From contig DASPLI010000001.1 in the NCBI GenBank assembly GCA_035627655.1, forward strand, positions 523,509-587,508: a stretch of DNA of 64,000 nucleotides, read 5' to 3'. Below, one piece after another: positions 1-8,587 of this stretch. The stretch is from Minisyncoccota bacterium (GTDB taxonomy: Bacteria > Patescibacteriota > Minisyncoccia > Phycocordibacterales > Phycocordibacteraceae). How positions within the stretch are numbered: position 1 is the first letter of the stretch; each line of letters starts with the position of its first letter. The position numbers were made by a program, and so were the translations under genes. The notes beneath the pieces were generated by a model that was given only the letters and a program-made list of their open reading frames with translations, ran no database searches and was not told the origin of the DNA.

Positions 1-70
1 GATCTCGTTCTTCCTTATCCTGCTTGAACCGATACGGTTCTGGTACCTCCTCAAGAACTTCTTCTACGAC

Positions 71-433
71 ATGCCAGTCGTAGGGAAGTATCTGCTCCTG
101 CCTCAGCTGCGGAAGATCGTACCCACGCTCACGGCTAAGGAACTCCAATTTGCGAAAGGGTATGGAGGTATGCGCCTGCAACGTGTCGATACCAACAGTC
201 GGCAGCTCCTGCTGGGCGAAGGGAAGATCGTGGGAGAACGAATTATATTCAATATGACACCGTCGCCCGGCGCGTCCGTTGCGCTCTACAACGCCATGCG
301 TGATGCGGCGCAGATAATGGCGTTCGAGCCAAGGTATGAATTCGATAAGCAGCGGATGCTTGCTGAACTCTGTATAAATCGTACGCCTCCGACAGGCAAA
401 GACCCGTCCCTCGAAGATTCGTACGCTTCCTAG
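71..433 (+). CDS. hypothetical protein; the frame is open back to the window edge, so it may be 5'-partial
   Basis: 120-aa ORF; in-frame translation from nt 2 has no stop; no recognisable motif. Confidence 0.3.
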   Translation: MPVVGKYLLLPQLRKIVPTLTAKELQFAKGYGGMRLQRVDTNSRQLLLGEGKIVGERIIFNMTPSPGASVALYNAMRDAAQIMAFEPRYEFDKQRMLAELCINRTPPTGKDPSLEDSYAS

Positions 434-481
434 TACGGTTCCCACGAACGGATGTTAACCTAATAGTAATATTGAACTTAT

Positions 482-1174
482 ATGAAATACATACTCGCAC
501 TTATAGTCCTCACGATGATTGGCGTCGGCGTATATGCGCTTTCCCAAGAACGCATGGCTCCTGCATCTCAAGATTCAGTAGAGTCAGCAAACAGCCTTCC
601 TGAAGGAGCTTCAGTTGTTACTGATGGCGTTTACAGCGTTATTCCTGGAGAGAGCCGCGTAGAGTGGGCAGGCAAGAAGCCCCTCCTCGACGGCTACATA
701 AATACCGGATCGATTGCGGTATCAACGGGAGTGATTACGGTTGCGCAAAAGGTGGCTACAGCTGAGTTCACCATGGATATGGACACCCTTTCCGTTTCGG
801 CGACTCCAACCAAGCCAGGTCAGGAGAACGCGCTCGAGGGGCACCTCAAAGGGGAGCGCTGGTTTAATGTCGCTGCACACCCTACAGCAACCTTCGCTAT
901 CACGAAGGTTGCGGAGCGTGCAGATAGCGGAGAAACGTTTGTGTATGACATTACCGGCGACCTCACGCTCAAAGGGCAGACACACCAGGTGACGTTCCCT
1001 GCAACCATTTATCAGACCTCCGACGGTCGCGTACGTGCCGCCGGATCATTCGAGATCGATCGTACTCAATGGGGTATTACCTCTGGCTCAGCGTCCTTCT
1101 TCGATAATCTTGCCGACAACGCAATCGATGACATAGTTGCGCTGTCGTTCTCGCTCGTAGCGGCTACGCAGTAG
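482..1174 (+). CDS. YceI-like periplasmic/polyisoprenoid-binding family protein with N-terminal signal anchor
   Basis: N-terminal hydrophobic segment; YceI-like beta-barrel pattern (TGDLTLKGQTHQVTF ... GSFEIDRTQWGI). Confidence 0.5.
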   Translation: MKYILALIVLTMIGVGVYALSQERMAPASQDSVESANSLPEGASVVTDGVYSVIPGESRVEWAGKKPLLDGYINTGSIAVSTGVITVAQKVATAEFTMDMDTLSVSATPTKPGQENALEGHLKGERWFNVAAHPTATFAITKVAERADSGETFVYDITGDLTLKGQTHQVTFPATIYQTSDGRVRAAGSFEIDRTQWGITSGSASFFDNLADNAIDDIVALSFSLVAATQ

Positions 1175-1550
1175 TTCTAGTGATATCGTAGGCACAATAA
1201 AAGAGTACGACACGAAGCAAATTCCATGGAGTCGAATTAGAACATTAGCCAATAAAGCACAGAAATCATCTTGGAAACTGTACGATCAAATTAGGAAAGA
1301 GAAAGAAAAGCCAGAGAGTAAAGAACCTCTTAATCCAGAAGAACCTCACACATATCCAAGGTCAAACTCGGACACGTTCAATTCTGATTTACACGACATA
1401 TCAGAAGTACAAAAAGAGCTTAGATTTTTTATTGACTTCAGCAACGGTACATCAGCAAAAATTTCAAATCGACCGCTTTTAATGGTTAAGGGATTGGCTG
1501 GTTCTGGCAAGACCCATTTACTTTGTTCTGTGGAGACAAGCTCGTCTTAG
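1161..1550 (+). pseudogene. remnant of a P-loop NTPase gene: 130-codon open frame with no start codon for about 110 codons, Walker A GLAGSGKTH, stop 22 codons later
   Basis: Translation ...ELRFFIDFSNGTSAKISNRPLLMVKGLAGSGKTHLLCSVETSSS*; locally AT-rich; not in the ORF track because it lacks a start. Confidence 0.3.
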
Positions 1551-1918
1551 TATATTCGGATTCAAAAGGATATTGGACTCCGCCAGGTGGTGGGGTGGAA
1601 GAGGGCGAGGATGTTCGGACTGCTGTCCGGCGCGAAGTACAGGAGGAGACGAATATGAAGGTGCTCAAACAGCGCTTCATTGGTTGCCAGGATATATCTG
1701 AGCCAAAAGGAGTTGTCTCGCAGGCTCGATCAGTTTGTATTGTTGAACCCTATGGCCCGTTCGTCAGCGATCCGGATGGTGAGGCAACCAAGATTGAATT
1801 GATTGATCCGAAGGACTATAAAAAATATTTTGACTGGGGAGAGATCGGGGACCACATCATGCAACGTGCTTTAGAATTGAAAGCACAAATGGATTCGGAA
1901 ACGAATTACGTAAACTAA
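1523..1918 (+). CDS. Nudix hydrolase, N-terminally short (TTG start), possibly truncated
   Basis: Nudix box GGGVEEGEDVRTAVRREVQEETN only about 20 aa from the N-terminus; TTG start; in a different frame from the upstream NTPase fragment. Confidence 0.55.
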   Translation: MFCGDKLVLVYSDSKGYWTPPGGGVEEGEDVRTAVRREVQEETNMKVLKQRFIGCQDISEPKGVVSQARSVCIVEPYGPFVSDPDGEATKIELIDPKDYKKYFDWGEIGDHIMQRALELKAQMDSETNYVN

Positions 1919-2041
1919 GTCCGCACGAGACGCGTCGTTTAGAAATAGAAATCACCAGCCATACGGACTAAGCAGGGCTTGACTGGCCACGGTTCTGGCC
2001 CAAGACGGCCAGCAATTAACCCCCCATGTTCTAATAGGGGC

Positions 2042-2524
2042 ATGATCGAAAGAAGAGAAAAGGGCCCAACGCCGAAACCGTTTACTTTACGTCAGGCAAC
2101 TGAAGAAGATTTGCCTTTCCTTTATCGCGTCTCTACTGAGGCGATGAGGCCTGTCTCGAAACTTTCTGGCTCATCATTTAAACCAGAGGAGGAAAGATTC
2201 AAAGACTACAAAACAAGATTCGTTCCAGAAGCGATACAAGTAATCCAGCATAATGGAGAAGATGTAGGCAGACTCCGTGTCGTGCGTTCACCCGAATCTA
2301 TTTACGTGGGCGGTATTCAGTTACTCCCCGAGCATCAGGGTAAGGGAATTGGAACCGCGCTGTTTGCTGAGCTGATCGAAGAATCGAATCAGACATCTAT
2401 CCCCATACTGCTCGAGGTACATGAGGTGAATGCCCGGGCGATCGCGTTCTATAAGAGTCTGGGGTTCGAAGAGGGCGAGAAGGTCGGGAATCAAACTGTC
2501 ATGAGGTACCTGCCTAGTAAGTAG
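2042..2524 (+). CDS. GNAT family N-acetyltransferase
   Basis: GNAT motifs (RLRVVRS..., QGKGIGTALF, AIAFYKSLGF); ATG 2042 sits 5 nt after TAATAG; terminator hairpin follows. Confidence 0.8.
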   Translation: MIERREKGPTPKPFTLRQATEEDLPFLYRVSTEAMRPVSKLSGSSFKPEEERFKDYKTRFVPEAIQVIQHNGEDVGRLRVVRSPESIYVGGIQLLPEHQGKGIGTALFAELIEESNQTSIPILLEVHEVNARAIAFYKSLGFEEGEKVGNQTVMRYLPSK

Positions 2525-2556
2525 ATTCCAACAAGGTCCCAGACAGCCAAAAGGGA

Positions 2557-2583
2557 AGCGCGGCTCATTTGCCGCGCTTTTTG
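2557..2583. terminator. rho-independent terminator hairpin (AGCGCGGC-loop-GCCGCGCT + T5), bidirectional for the GNAT gene and the convergent minus gene
   Basis: GC stem plus T-run read directly. Confidence 0.55.
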
Positions 2584-2894
2584 CGCTCTCTCGGAAAACG
2601 CTCGTAGTACAAGTCCCACCACGCTTCGGTTGCGTCATCCAAACATTCGCGCAGGACCGTGTCCTTCTCGTTGTCGAACATCTGGGTTGTCTGACGAATC
2701 ACTTCCTCGTGGTCGCCTTCCCGCACCGCCCTTACGAGAAGGGGGTGGTTTGGGAAAAGTGTTTCGAATTGGATAATGATATCGATAGGTACTCGTTTTA
2801 TCTTCTTTCCCATTTGTTCCCTCCAGAGAACCAGTGCTTCGTTATGTTCAGGCAGAACTCTGTCAGGAAGTCTAGAGAAGACCCTTTGGATCAA
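2565..2894 (-). CDS. hypothetical protein; possible HEPN-like partner of the upstream gene
   Basis: 109 aa; R-x6-H arrangement (RAVREGDH); overlaps the upstream gene by 23 nt. Confidence 0.3.
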   Translation of the reverse strand: MIQRVFSRLPDRVLPEHNEALVLWREQMGKKIKRVPIDIIIQFETLFPNHPLLVRAVREGDHEEVIRQTTQMFDNEKDTVLRECLDDATEAWWDLYYERFPRERKKRGK

Positions 2895-3324
2895 ATGGCA
2901 TCACCATATGGAATCCACTTCCATCTGCCTTTGGCTTGTAGCACGCCACAAGGATACAGGCGACTTCTGGGTCGATGGTCCCATCCGGCTTCATCAGCGG
3001 GTACCGCTGGATAAAGGCGCGATCCATATCCGATATAGATTTCGCCTCGCCAGACCCGAGAAGTACGAGACGACTGTCTTCTGACATTTCATTCATGTCT
3101 TTGAAGCCACAACAGACCTGTGCTAGCTCGAATACAGCCTGGATCATTGTGGTCCTACCGTCTTCGTATGCATCGGTCAGGAAGGCCAGCTGAAGTGCAA
3201 GCGACTTACTGACCGTAACGCCGGTCCGCAAGCGTATTCTGGGTTTTCTAAACATCTCTTCCCTCCGTAGGCGAGATCCTGCTTCCAAGGGCACAGTATC
3301 ACCAGAACAGAATGGTTCCAACAT
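2872..3324 (-). CDS. hypothetical protein; possible minimal nucleotidyltransferase-like (GS-x7-DMD) protein
   Basis: 150 aa; LLGSGEAKSISDMD resembles the MNT hG[GS]...DxD motif but is not N-terminal. Confidence 0.3.
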   Translation of the reverse strand: MLEPFCSGDTVPLEAGSRLRREEMFRKPRIRLRTGVTVSKSLALQLAFLTDAYEDGRTTMIQAVFELAQVCCGFKDMNEMSEDSRLVLLGSGEAKSISDMDRAFIQRYPLMKPDGTIDPEVACILVACYKPKADGSGFHMVMPFDPKGLL

Positions 3325-3360
3325 CGTCCCAGACAGTCAGCAACGAGATATACTGGCCAT

Positions 3361-3609
3361 ATGGATAACATTGTAGCCATAGCTTTCCTCGCCTTCATGG
3401 TAGCTATGATTTCTTATGTGCTTTTCGCGATGCATCGCCTTAAGAGGAAGAGGAAAGCAGTTGGATTAAAAACACCTTTCCTAACGTCAGACAACGCAGC
3501 TATTGCCGATCATATGAACTCACTACCACCGTTCGTTCGGCTAGTAATCTTAGTCCTTGTAGTTTTATTTGTTGGAGGGGTATTCCTATACGCTTTTTTC
3601 CGTCCCTAG
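3361..3609 (+). CDS. small membrane protein (2 TM)
   Basis: 82 aa with two hydrophobic helices; TATACT 6 nt upstream of the ATG, no SD. Confidence 0.4.
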   Translation: MDNIVAIAFLAFMVAMISYVLFAMHRLKRKRKAVGLKTPFLTSDNAAIADHMNSLPPFVRLVILVLVVLFVGGVFLYAFFRP

Positions 3610-3665
3610 CAAATATAAAACTCCAACATCATCCCTGATAGCCAGCTCGGTTTATACTTTTTATT

Positions 3666-3884
3666 ATGTGGTACATAAAACTAATTCTCATAAGCCTGAT
3701 CGAAATCATGCTCGCATATAGTCTTTGGAATTCGCTAAAGACTAGGATTGGCATGAATGATCAAGTAACTGCACCTATCCGCGAGAAATATCAACCCGTT
3801 TCTTATTGGCTGTGGATCTTTATTATGGCATCCGGAGTTTTCTTCCTAGTGCCGCTTATAGGTATAACGCTATTAGCGGAGTAA
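3666..3884 (+). CDS. small membrane protein (2 TM)
   Basis: 72 aa hydrophobic; TATACT 7 nt upstream of the ATG. Confidence 0.4.
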   Translation: MWYIKLILISLIEIMLAYSLWNSLKTRIGMNDQVTAPIREKYQPVSYWLWIFIMASGVFFLVPLIGITLLAE

Positions 3885-3962
3885 CAAAGTTCCAACACCG
3901 TCCCAAACAACCAGCAAGAAATGGTAGGATGAGGCTTTGGAATAGTTCCTCAGGAGGTACAG

Positions 3963-4214
3963 ATGAACGACCTTGCTTCTCTTGGTCTTCTGATGCGTAG
4001 TGGTACTTCAGGCGAGTCAAGTGAGCAGCGCCTTGAGTTGCGTATTGCGTCTACGGACGCATTCGTCGCATGGTTTCAGAGAGTCACGCGAATGAGTGCC
4101 GCCGAGGAGGTTGTCAGCACGAACACGCAGATTGTTCGTCGCAGCGAACTTAGCGATGAGCAGTTTTCTGCGGCACAAAGCTGGCTTCGCGAGCAACTAC
4201 TCGCTACTTACTAA
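3963..4214 (+). CDS. hypothetical protein
   Basis: 83 aa; AGGAGG RBS 7 nt upstream; terminator downstream. Confidence 0.35.
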   Translation: MNDLASLGLLMRSGTSGESSEQRLELRIASTDAFVAWFQRVTRMSAAEEVVSTNTQIVRRSELSDEQFSAAQSWLREQLLATY

Positions 4215-4221
4215 TACCTAA

Positions 4222-4253
4222 AGACGGCTCTTGGAGAGCCGTCTCTCCCTTTT
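4222..4253 (+). terminator. rho-independent terminator (GACGGCTCT-TGG-AGAGCCGTC + T-rich tail)
   Basis: perfect 9-bp stem followed by a CTCCCTTTT run. Confidence 0.6.
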
Positions 4254-4309
4254 AGGGTTACTACAGTTCCGATAATGTTCCAGGCAGTCAACTAAGGTAA
4301 AATGATTAC

Positions 4310-4717
4310 ATGCAGAAAACAACCACGTTCTTAATGTTTGTTGGAGAACAGTGCGGCAAGGCGAAAGAAGCCATCGAATGGTATACGTCACTTTTTAAGA
4401 ATTCTGAGATTAAAAATATCGAATATCTAAGTGCAGAGGAGACCGGTGGAAAAGAGAATTTTGTAAAAATTGCAACGTTTACTTTAGATGGACAGGAATA
4501 TATAGCGAACAATAGTCCAGCGCCACATCAATTCACATTCACACCTGCTATATCAATTTTTGTCTCTTGTAACTCCGAAGAAGAATTAGAGAACTTGTTT
4601 ATGGCACTATCGGCCAATGGAAAAGTGCTTATGCCAATCGACAACTACGGTTTTAGTAAAAAGTTCGCGTGGATCAATGACAAGTACGGGGTTTCATGGC
4701 AATTGAACTTCGCATAA
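4310..4717 (+). CDS. VOC/PhnB-like protein (3-demethylubiquinone-9 3-methyltransferase-domain family), AT-rich copy
   Basis: C-terminal KYGVSWQLNF signature; low-GC codon usage compared with neighbours. Confidence 0.65.
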   Translation: MQKTTTFLMFVGEQCGKAKEAIEWYTSLFKNSEIKNIEYLSAEETGGKENFVKIATFTLDGQEYIANNSPAPHQFTFTPAISIFVSCNSEEELENLFMALSANGKVLMPIDNYGFSKKFAWINDKYGVSWQLNFA

Positions 4718-4796
4718 GGGAGCAAAGAACCGTTATTTTTCAGATAAACAGCAAGACGAAAAGCCGCCCAGTAGGACTGGGCGGCTCGTAGGAGGT

Positions 4797-5087
4797 TCAG
4801 CTTCTTTCGAAGTAGACGTACGTCTGGTTCTGTCTGCGGAAGTGATAGCAGTCCGAGTACTCACCCGTGAATGCTATATCAGGGTCGTCGGTAGGTGTGC
4901 CATTCACTGGCGCATCGCGTACGCGCTCGATTGAGTAGTTGCCCTTGTAGAAACCGCATCGCCGGACGCGATATTCTCCTGGATACAATACGTTGCGTAT
5001 CATATCCAAGAGGGACTTCTTTTGAGGAGTGAATGATTCCTCAATTTTCCCATCGACGAGATGGTTGGTGTGGAAGCTCAGTGTCAT
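4797..5087 (-). CDS. hypothetical protein
   Basis: 96 aa ORF divergent from the 5175 gene; no motif recognised. Confidence 0.3.
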   Translation of the reverse strand: MTLSFHTNHLVDGKIEESFTPQKKSLLDMIRNVLYPGEYRVRRCGFYKGNYSIERVRDAPVNGTPTDDPDIAFTGEYSDCYHFRRQNQTYVYFERS

Positions 5088-5174
5088 CGTCTTTACTCCG
5101 CTGCTCCAACGGAGACTCTATAGCGATTGATCCAGAAGTCAATGTGAGAACTGGCGCGAGGTATACTGGTTTAT

Positions 5175-5660
5175 ATGAATACAACACCCAAGAATACGAT
5201 TTGCCTCTGGTTCGAAAAGGATGCGCTTGCTGCAGCAGAGTTTTACGCTGCTACGTTTCCTGATAGTAAAGTAGGCTCTATTTTCTACGCACCTTCTGAT
5301 TTTCCAGATGGAAAGGCAGGAGACATTCTCACGGTTGAATTTACCGTTTGCGGTGTTCCGTGTGTTGGTCTCAATGGCGGTCCTACGTTCAAGCAGAGCG
5401 AAGCATTTTCCTTCCAGATCGCAACGGATGACCAAGAAGAAACAGACCGTTACTGGAATGCAATTGTTGAGAACGGCGGCCAGGAAAGCGCCTGTGGTTG
5501 GTGCAAGGATCGTTGGGGCGTGTCGTGGCAGATTACTCCGCGAGTACTGCTTGAGGCTCTTGCAGTTGGAGGTGAAGAAGCAAAACGCGCATTCAATGCG
5601 ATGATGACTATGCAAAAGATTGACGTTGCCGCTATTGAAGCTGCGCGACGTGGAGAATAA
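5175..5660 (+). CDS. VOC/PhnB-like protein (3-demethylubiquinone-9 3-methyltransferase-domain family), GC-rich paralog
   Basis: CGWCKDRWGVSWQI signature; TATACT 7 nt upstream of the ATG. Confidence 0.7.
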   Translation: MNTTPKNTICLWFEKDALAAAEFYAATFPDSKVGSIFYAPSDFPDGKAGDILTVEFTVCGVPCVGLNGGPTFKQSEAFSFQIATDDQEETDRYWNAIVENGGQESACGWCKDRWGVSWQITPRVLLEALAVGGEEAKRAFNAMMTMQKIDVAAIEAARRGE

Positions 5661-5730
5661 AAACGAACACGTTTCCAGTGGACAGTGAATAGAAGAGGAG
5701 CCAGCAATACGCTGGCTCCTTGTGCTGAGG

Positions 5731-6138
5731 TTATAGATCGCGACCGGTGTAGATGTCTTTCTTGCAGACGAGCTCAAGAAAAGAGCGATACTCCTTCTTT
5801 GGTGGGAAACTGTCGTTGTCGACAAACTCCCCAAGCGTCCGAAAGACGGGATAATCGAATACCTGTCCGCGCAGCAGGGGTACGACTTCCGACATTGGTT
5901 TGCTTGCAATTATGTCCCATCGATTGAGAGCTGGTTTTGCAAGTTCGCCACCGCGATGTCTGAGCAAGTCGAGCAACAGAGAAAGTCGCATTTGGGTAGG
6001 AAGTCGCTCGTCTTTTACCCACGATTCGATGTCTGCCTCCGTTGTGCGGAAGAAGTATCCCCATTCGAAGCGACTATAGAAGCCGGTGTCGTCCAAGAGG
6101 GCTTTCAAAACGCTCCCAGCAGTTTCTGATTCGTTCAT
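5731..6138 (-). CDS. hypothetical protein
   Basis: 135 aa; GGAGG RBS 6 nt upstream on the minus strand. Confidence 0.4.
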   Translation of the reverse strand: MNESETAGSVLKALLDDTGFYSRFEWGYFFRTTEADIESWVKDERLPTQMRLSLLLDLLRHRGGELAKPALNRWDIIASKPMSEVVPLLRGQVFDYPVFRTLGEFVDNDSFPPKKEYRSFLELVCKKDIYTGRDL

Positions 6139-6227
6139 TGGAACCTCCGTCTGTCCTTATACTAAACCTGACCATAAAGCACAAACGGAATAGTAGTGAA
6201 GTAAGAAAAATCTGATAGCTTTGTACA

Positions 6228-7217
6228 ATGTCCGTCGCAAGAGTTTCACGAGAGAATAAAACAAACTATTTGATTACCGATTCTGGCAAGGAAATGATCG
6301 CCGTAGTGCGCGGCAAATTCCACCTGTCAGATCAGGGGTTTCCTAAGGTAGGAGACTACGTAGAGTACGCTCAAACAACAGACACTGAGGCGGTTATTGA
6401 AGAGGTGCTTCCACGCAGGACCGAAATTGTCAGGAAGTCGGCGGGAGAAACGACTGAGCGACAAGTCATCGTGGCAAATGTCGACCTTATCTATATCGTC
6501 ATGGGGTTGGATGACGACTTCAACCTTAAGCGGCTTGAACGCTACGTGCTCCTCGCAGAACAGAGCGGCGTAAAGCCGGTTATCGTTCTCAACAAATGTG
6601 ACATACCGTCTCATCCCGAACAGATGCTGAAGGAAGTGCAAGAACGGTTTGCACATGTAGATTGCCATCTTGTCGGTGCTGCTCGTGGCACGAATATGGA
6701 TTCAATTATGAGCTACGTGCATGACGACGTTACCGCAGTTCTTTTGGGTTCTTCAGGAGCAGGAAAGTCGACCATTACAAACTGGCTCCTTAGGCAAGAC
6801 ATACAAGATACGCAGGAAGTGCGGAAAGATGATGGGCGCGGTCGTCACACGACGACTGCACGGCAACTGTTCTCTCTTCCGAGGGGCGGCTACCTGATTG
6901 ATACTCCCGGGATGCGTGAACTTGGAGTGGTTGGTGAAATCGGCGGTGAAGTATTTACAAATATCGAAGAACTCAGTCGCTTGTGTAAATTTCGAGACTG
7001 CGACCATGAGCGCAGTGCGGGCTGTGCGGTACAAAAGGCGATTGCAGAAGGTAAGTTGGACTATCAACAACTCGCCAGCTTCCAAAAGCTAGGCCGAGAA
7101 AAAGCGTTTCTTGAAAGTCGCGGGGATCAGGAGGCGGAATGGAAACACAATTTAGCAAATCGAAAACTGCATAAGAAGTATAGTCAGATTCAGCGCGAGA
7201 AGTACGATAGACAATAG
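6228..7217 (+). CDS. rsgA: ribosome small-subunit-dependent GTPase A
   Basis: Circularly permuted GTPase motifs (VLNKCDI, LLGSSGAGKSTI, DTPGMRE) and C-terminal zinc finger CKFRDCDHERSAGC. Confidence 0.85.
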   Translation: MSVARVSRENKTNYLITDSGKEMIAVVRGKFHLSDQGFPKVGDYVEYAQTTDTEAVIEEVLPRRTEIVRKSAGETTERQVIVANVDLIYIVMGLDDDFNLKRLERYVLLAEQSGVKPVIVLNKCDIPSHPEQMLKEVQERFAHVDCHLVGAARGTNMDSIMSYVHDDVTAVLLGSSGAGKSTITNWLLRQDIQDTQEVRKDDGRGRHTTTARQLFSLPRGGYLIDTPGMRELGVVGEIGGEVFTNIEELSRLCKFRDCDHERSAGCAVQKAIAEGKLDYQQLASFQKLGREKAFLESRGDQEAEWKHNLANRKLHKKYSQIQREKYDRQ

Positions 7218-7238
7218 ATCCCAATGCAGCTCAAACAA

Positions 7239-7262
7239 AACGGCCCTCAGAGAGGGCCGTTA
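7239..7262. terminator. bidirectional terminator hairpin between convergent rsgA and the lipoprotein gene
   Basis: CGGCCCT-CAGAG-AGGGCCG stem-loop. Confidence 0.5.
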
Positions 7263-7270
7263 GTCGGCAT

Positions 7271-7693
7271 TTATCCGCCGTACGTCTCAAGCGTCGCTGC
7301 GGCGTAGAGTAGCGAGACGGAAGCGTTATTTCTCCTGGCGCTGTTTTCCAGTGTCGCGTATGTGGCTGGATAGGCCGCTAGCACAAATGACAAACGATCT
7401 TCGTCGACAACTTCGCCAGCAAGCACAACCTGTACGCATACGTCGTTTGTGATCTGGAAAGCTTCGAATTCGTTCTGTCTAAAGTAAGACCGCACGGTTT
7501 CGTCTTGCAGAAGCGTTCGTGCAAGTTCACGCTCCCGCTCGCCGATACACTGATCGGGAGTCCAGCTCAGAGCTTGTTCGATCTTTTGCTCGCCGATCTC
7601 TTCGGGGGTCGGTGCCTGACCGGTAGAACGCTCCGATCTTTCCCCGCATGAGGAGACTAGTACGGCTAAAACACAAAGAACCACTAAACGCAT
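7271..7693 (-). CDS. putative lipoprotein
   Basis: Signal peptide with lipobox (LVSSCGE). Confidence 0.5.
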   Translation of the reverse strand: MRLVVLCVLAVLVSSCGERSERSTGQAPTPEEIGEQKIEQALSWTPDQCIGERERELARTLLQDETVRSYFRQNEFEAFQITNDVCVQVVLAGEVVDEDRLSFVLAAYPATYATLENSARRNNASVSLLYAAATLETYGG

Positions 7694-7770
7694 GGTTATC
7701 TCCTTCAGTTCTGGTCAGACCCTATCATACGTGCCTGCAAGGTTCTACTGCCTAGGATACATTTGCTATA

Positions 7771-8109
7771 GTGCGTCTCATGAAAACGCTCAAGTTTGCG
7801 CCTCATCTCGTGCCGAAGATTCTCTCAGGCGAAAAGACCTCAACCTGGAGACTGTTTGACGATAAAGATCTTCGCGAAGGAGACCGAGTGCTTTTCTTGA
7901 ATAAAGAGACCGGGGAAGAGTTTGGTACTGCCCATATAACAAACCTGCGGACCAAAACACTAGGCACGCTGACCGATAGTGATTGGGAGGGACACGAGCG
8001 ATTTCCGTCTGAAGAGGAAATGTATGCAACGTATCGGAAATATTATGGCGATTCGGTAGATGAGCATTCGGAGGTAAAGATACTCTCATTCGATTTTGAG
8101 CCTGCCTAG
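7771..8109 (+). CDS. ASCH (PUA-like) domain protein
   Basis: N-terminal KFAPHLVPKILSGEKTSTWR pattern typical of ASCH domains. Confidence 0.55.
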   Translation: MRLMKTLKFAPHLVPKILSGEKTSTWRLFDDKDLREGDRVLFLNKETGEEFGTAHITNLRTKTLGTLTDSDWEGHERFPSEEEMYATYRKYYGDSVDEHSEVKILSFDFEPA

Positions 8110-8179
8110 ATTTGGGTGCGTATTATGCGAGCTTGGTAAAAACTTGCCAAACTATTCTTGAAATGCCATAATTATCCTA

Positions 8180-8581
8180 ATGCCTGAATACAACGCTCGT
8201 TTCTCCCGCAAACCATTCGCGAAAGGCGGCTCAAGCCGCTTCAGCTCTGGTCCTAAGACCCTCTATAAAGCTAACTGTGCCAAGTGCAGTGAGGTGTGTG
8301 AAGTGCCGTTTCGACCGAATGGTAAGAAGCCGGTTTATTGCAGCAATTGCTTCGTAAAAGACGAAGGGTATGCGCCGCGCCCAGCATATCCAGCAAAACG
8401 CGAATTCTCCCCACGCCCATCGTTTGACAAGCCACCTCGCGAGGACCGATCTCTTGCAGAGGTAAAGCGTGAACTTCAGGGAGTGAATGAAAAGCTTGAA
8501 CGTCTTATTTCACTTATGACCCCTGCGCCAACGCCTGTAAAAAAGGCGGCTAAGAAAGCAGTCGCTAAGAAGAACAAATAA
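8180..8581 (+). CDS. CxxC-x17-CxxC zinc-ribbon domain protein with lysine-rich tail
   Basis: CAKC followed by exactly 17 residues then CSNC; basic KKAAKKAVAKKNK C-terminus. Confidence 0.6.
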   Translation: MPEYNARFSRKPFAKGGSSRFSSGPKTLYKANCAKCSEVCEVPFRPNGKKPVYCSNCFVKDEGYAPRPAYPAKREFSPRPSFDKPPREDRSLAEVKRELQGVNEKLERLISLMTPAPTPVKKAAKKAVAKKNK

Positions 8582-8587
8582 CCGCTC

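Noticed and set aside
2709-3193. Plus-strand ORFs (2709-3014, 2776-3084, 2975-3193) competing with the minus-strand cassette
   Set aside because: They are shorter and mutually overlapping without RBSs. The minus-strand pair is longer and operon-like, though strand assignment here remains uncertain.
5139-5909. 256-aa minus-strand ORF
   Set aside because: It is antisense to the well-supported PhnB-like gene and has Cys/Ser/Arg-rich low-complexity composition.
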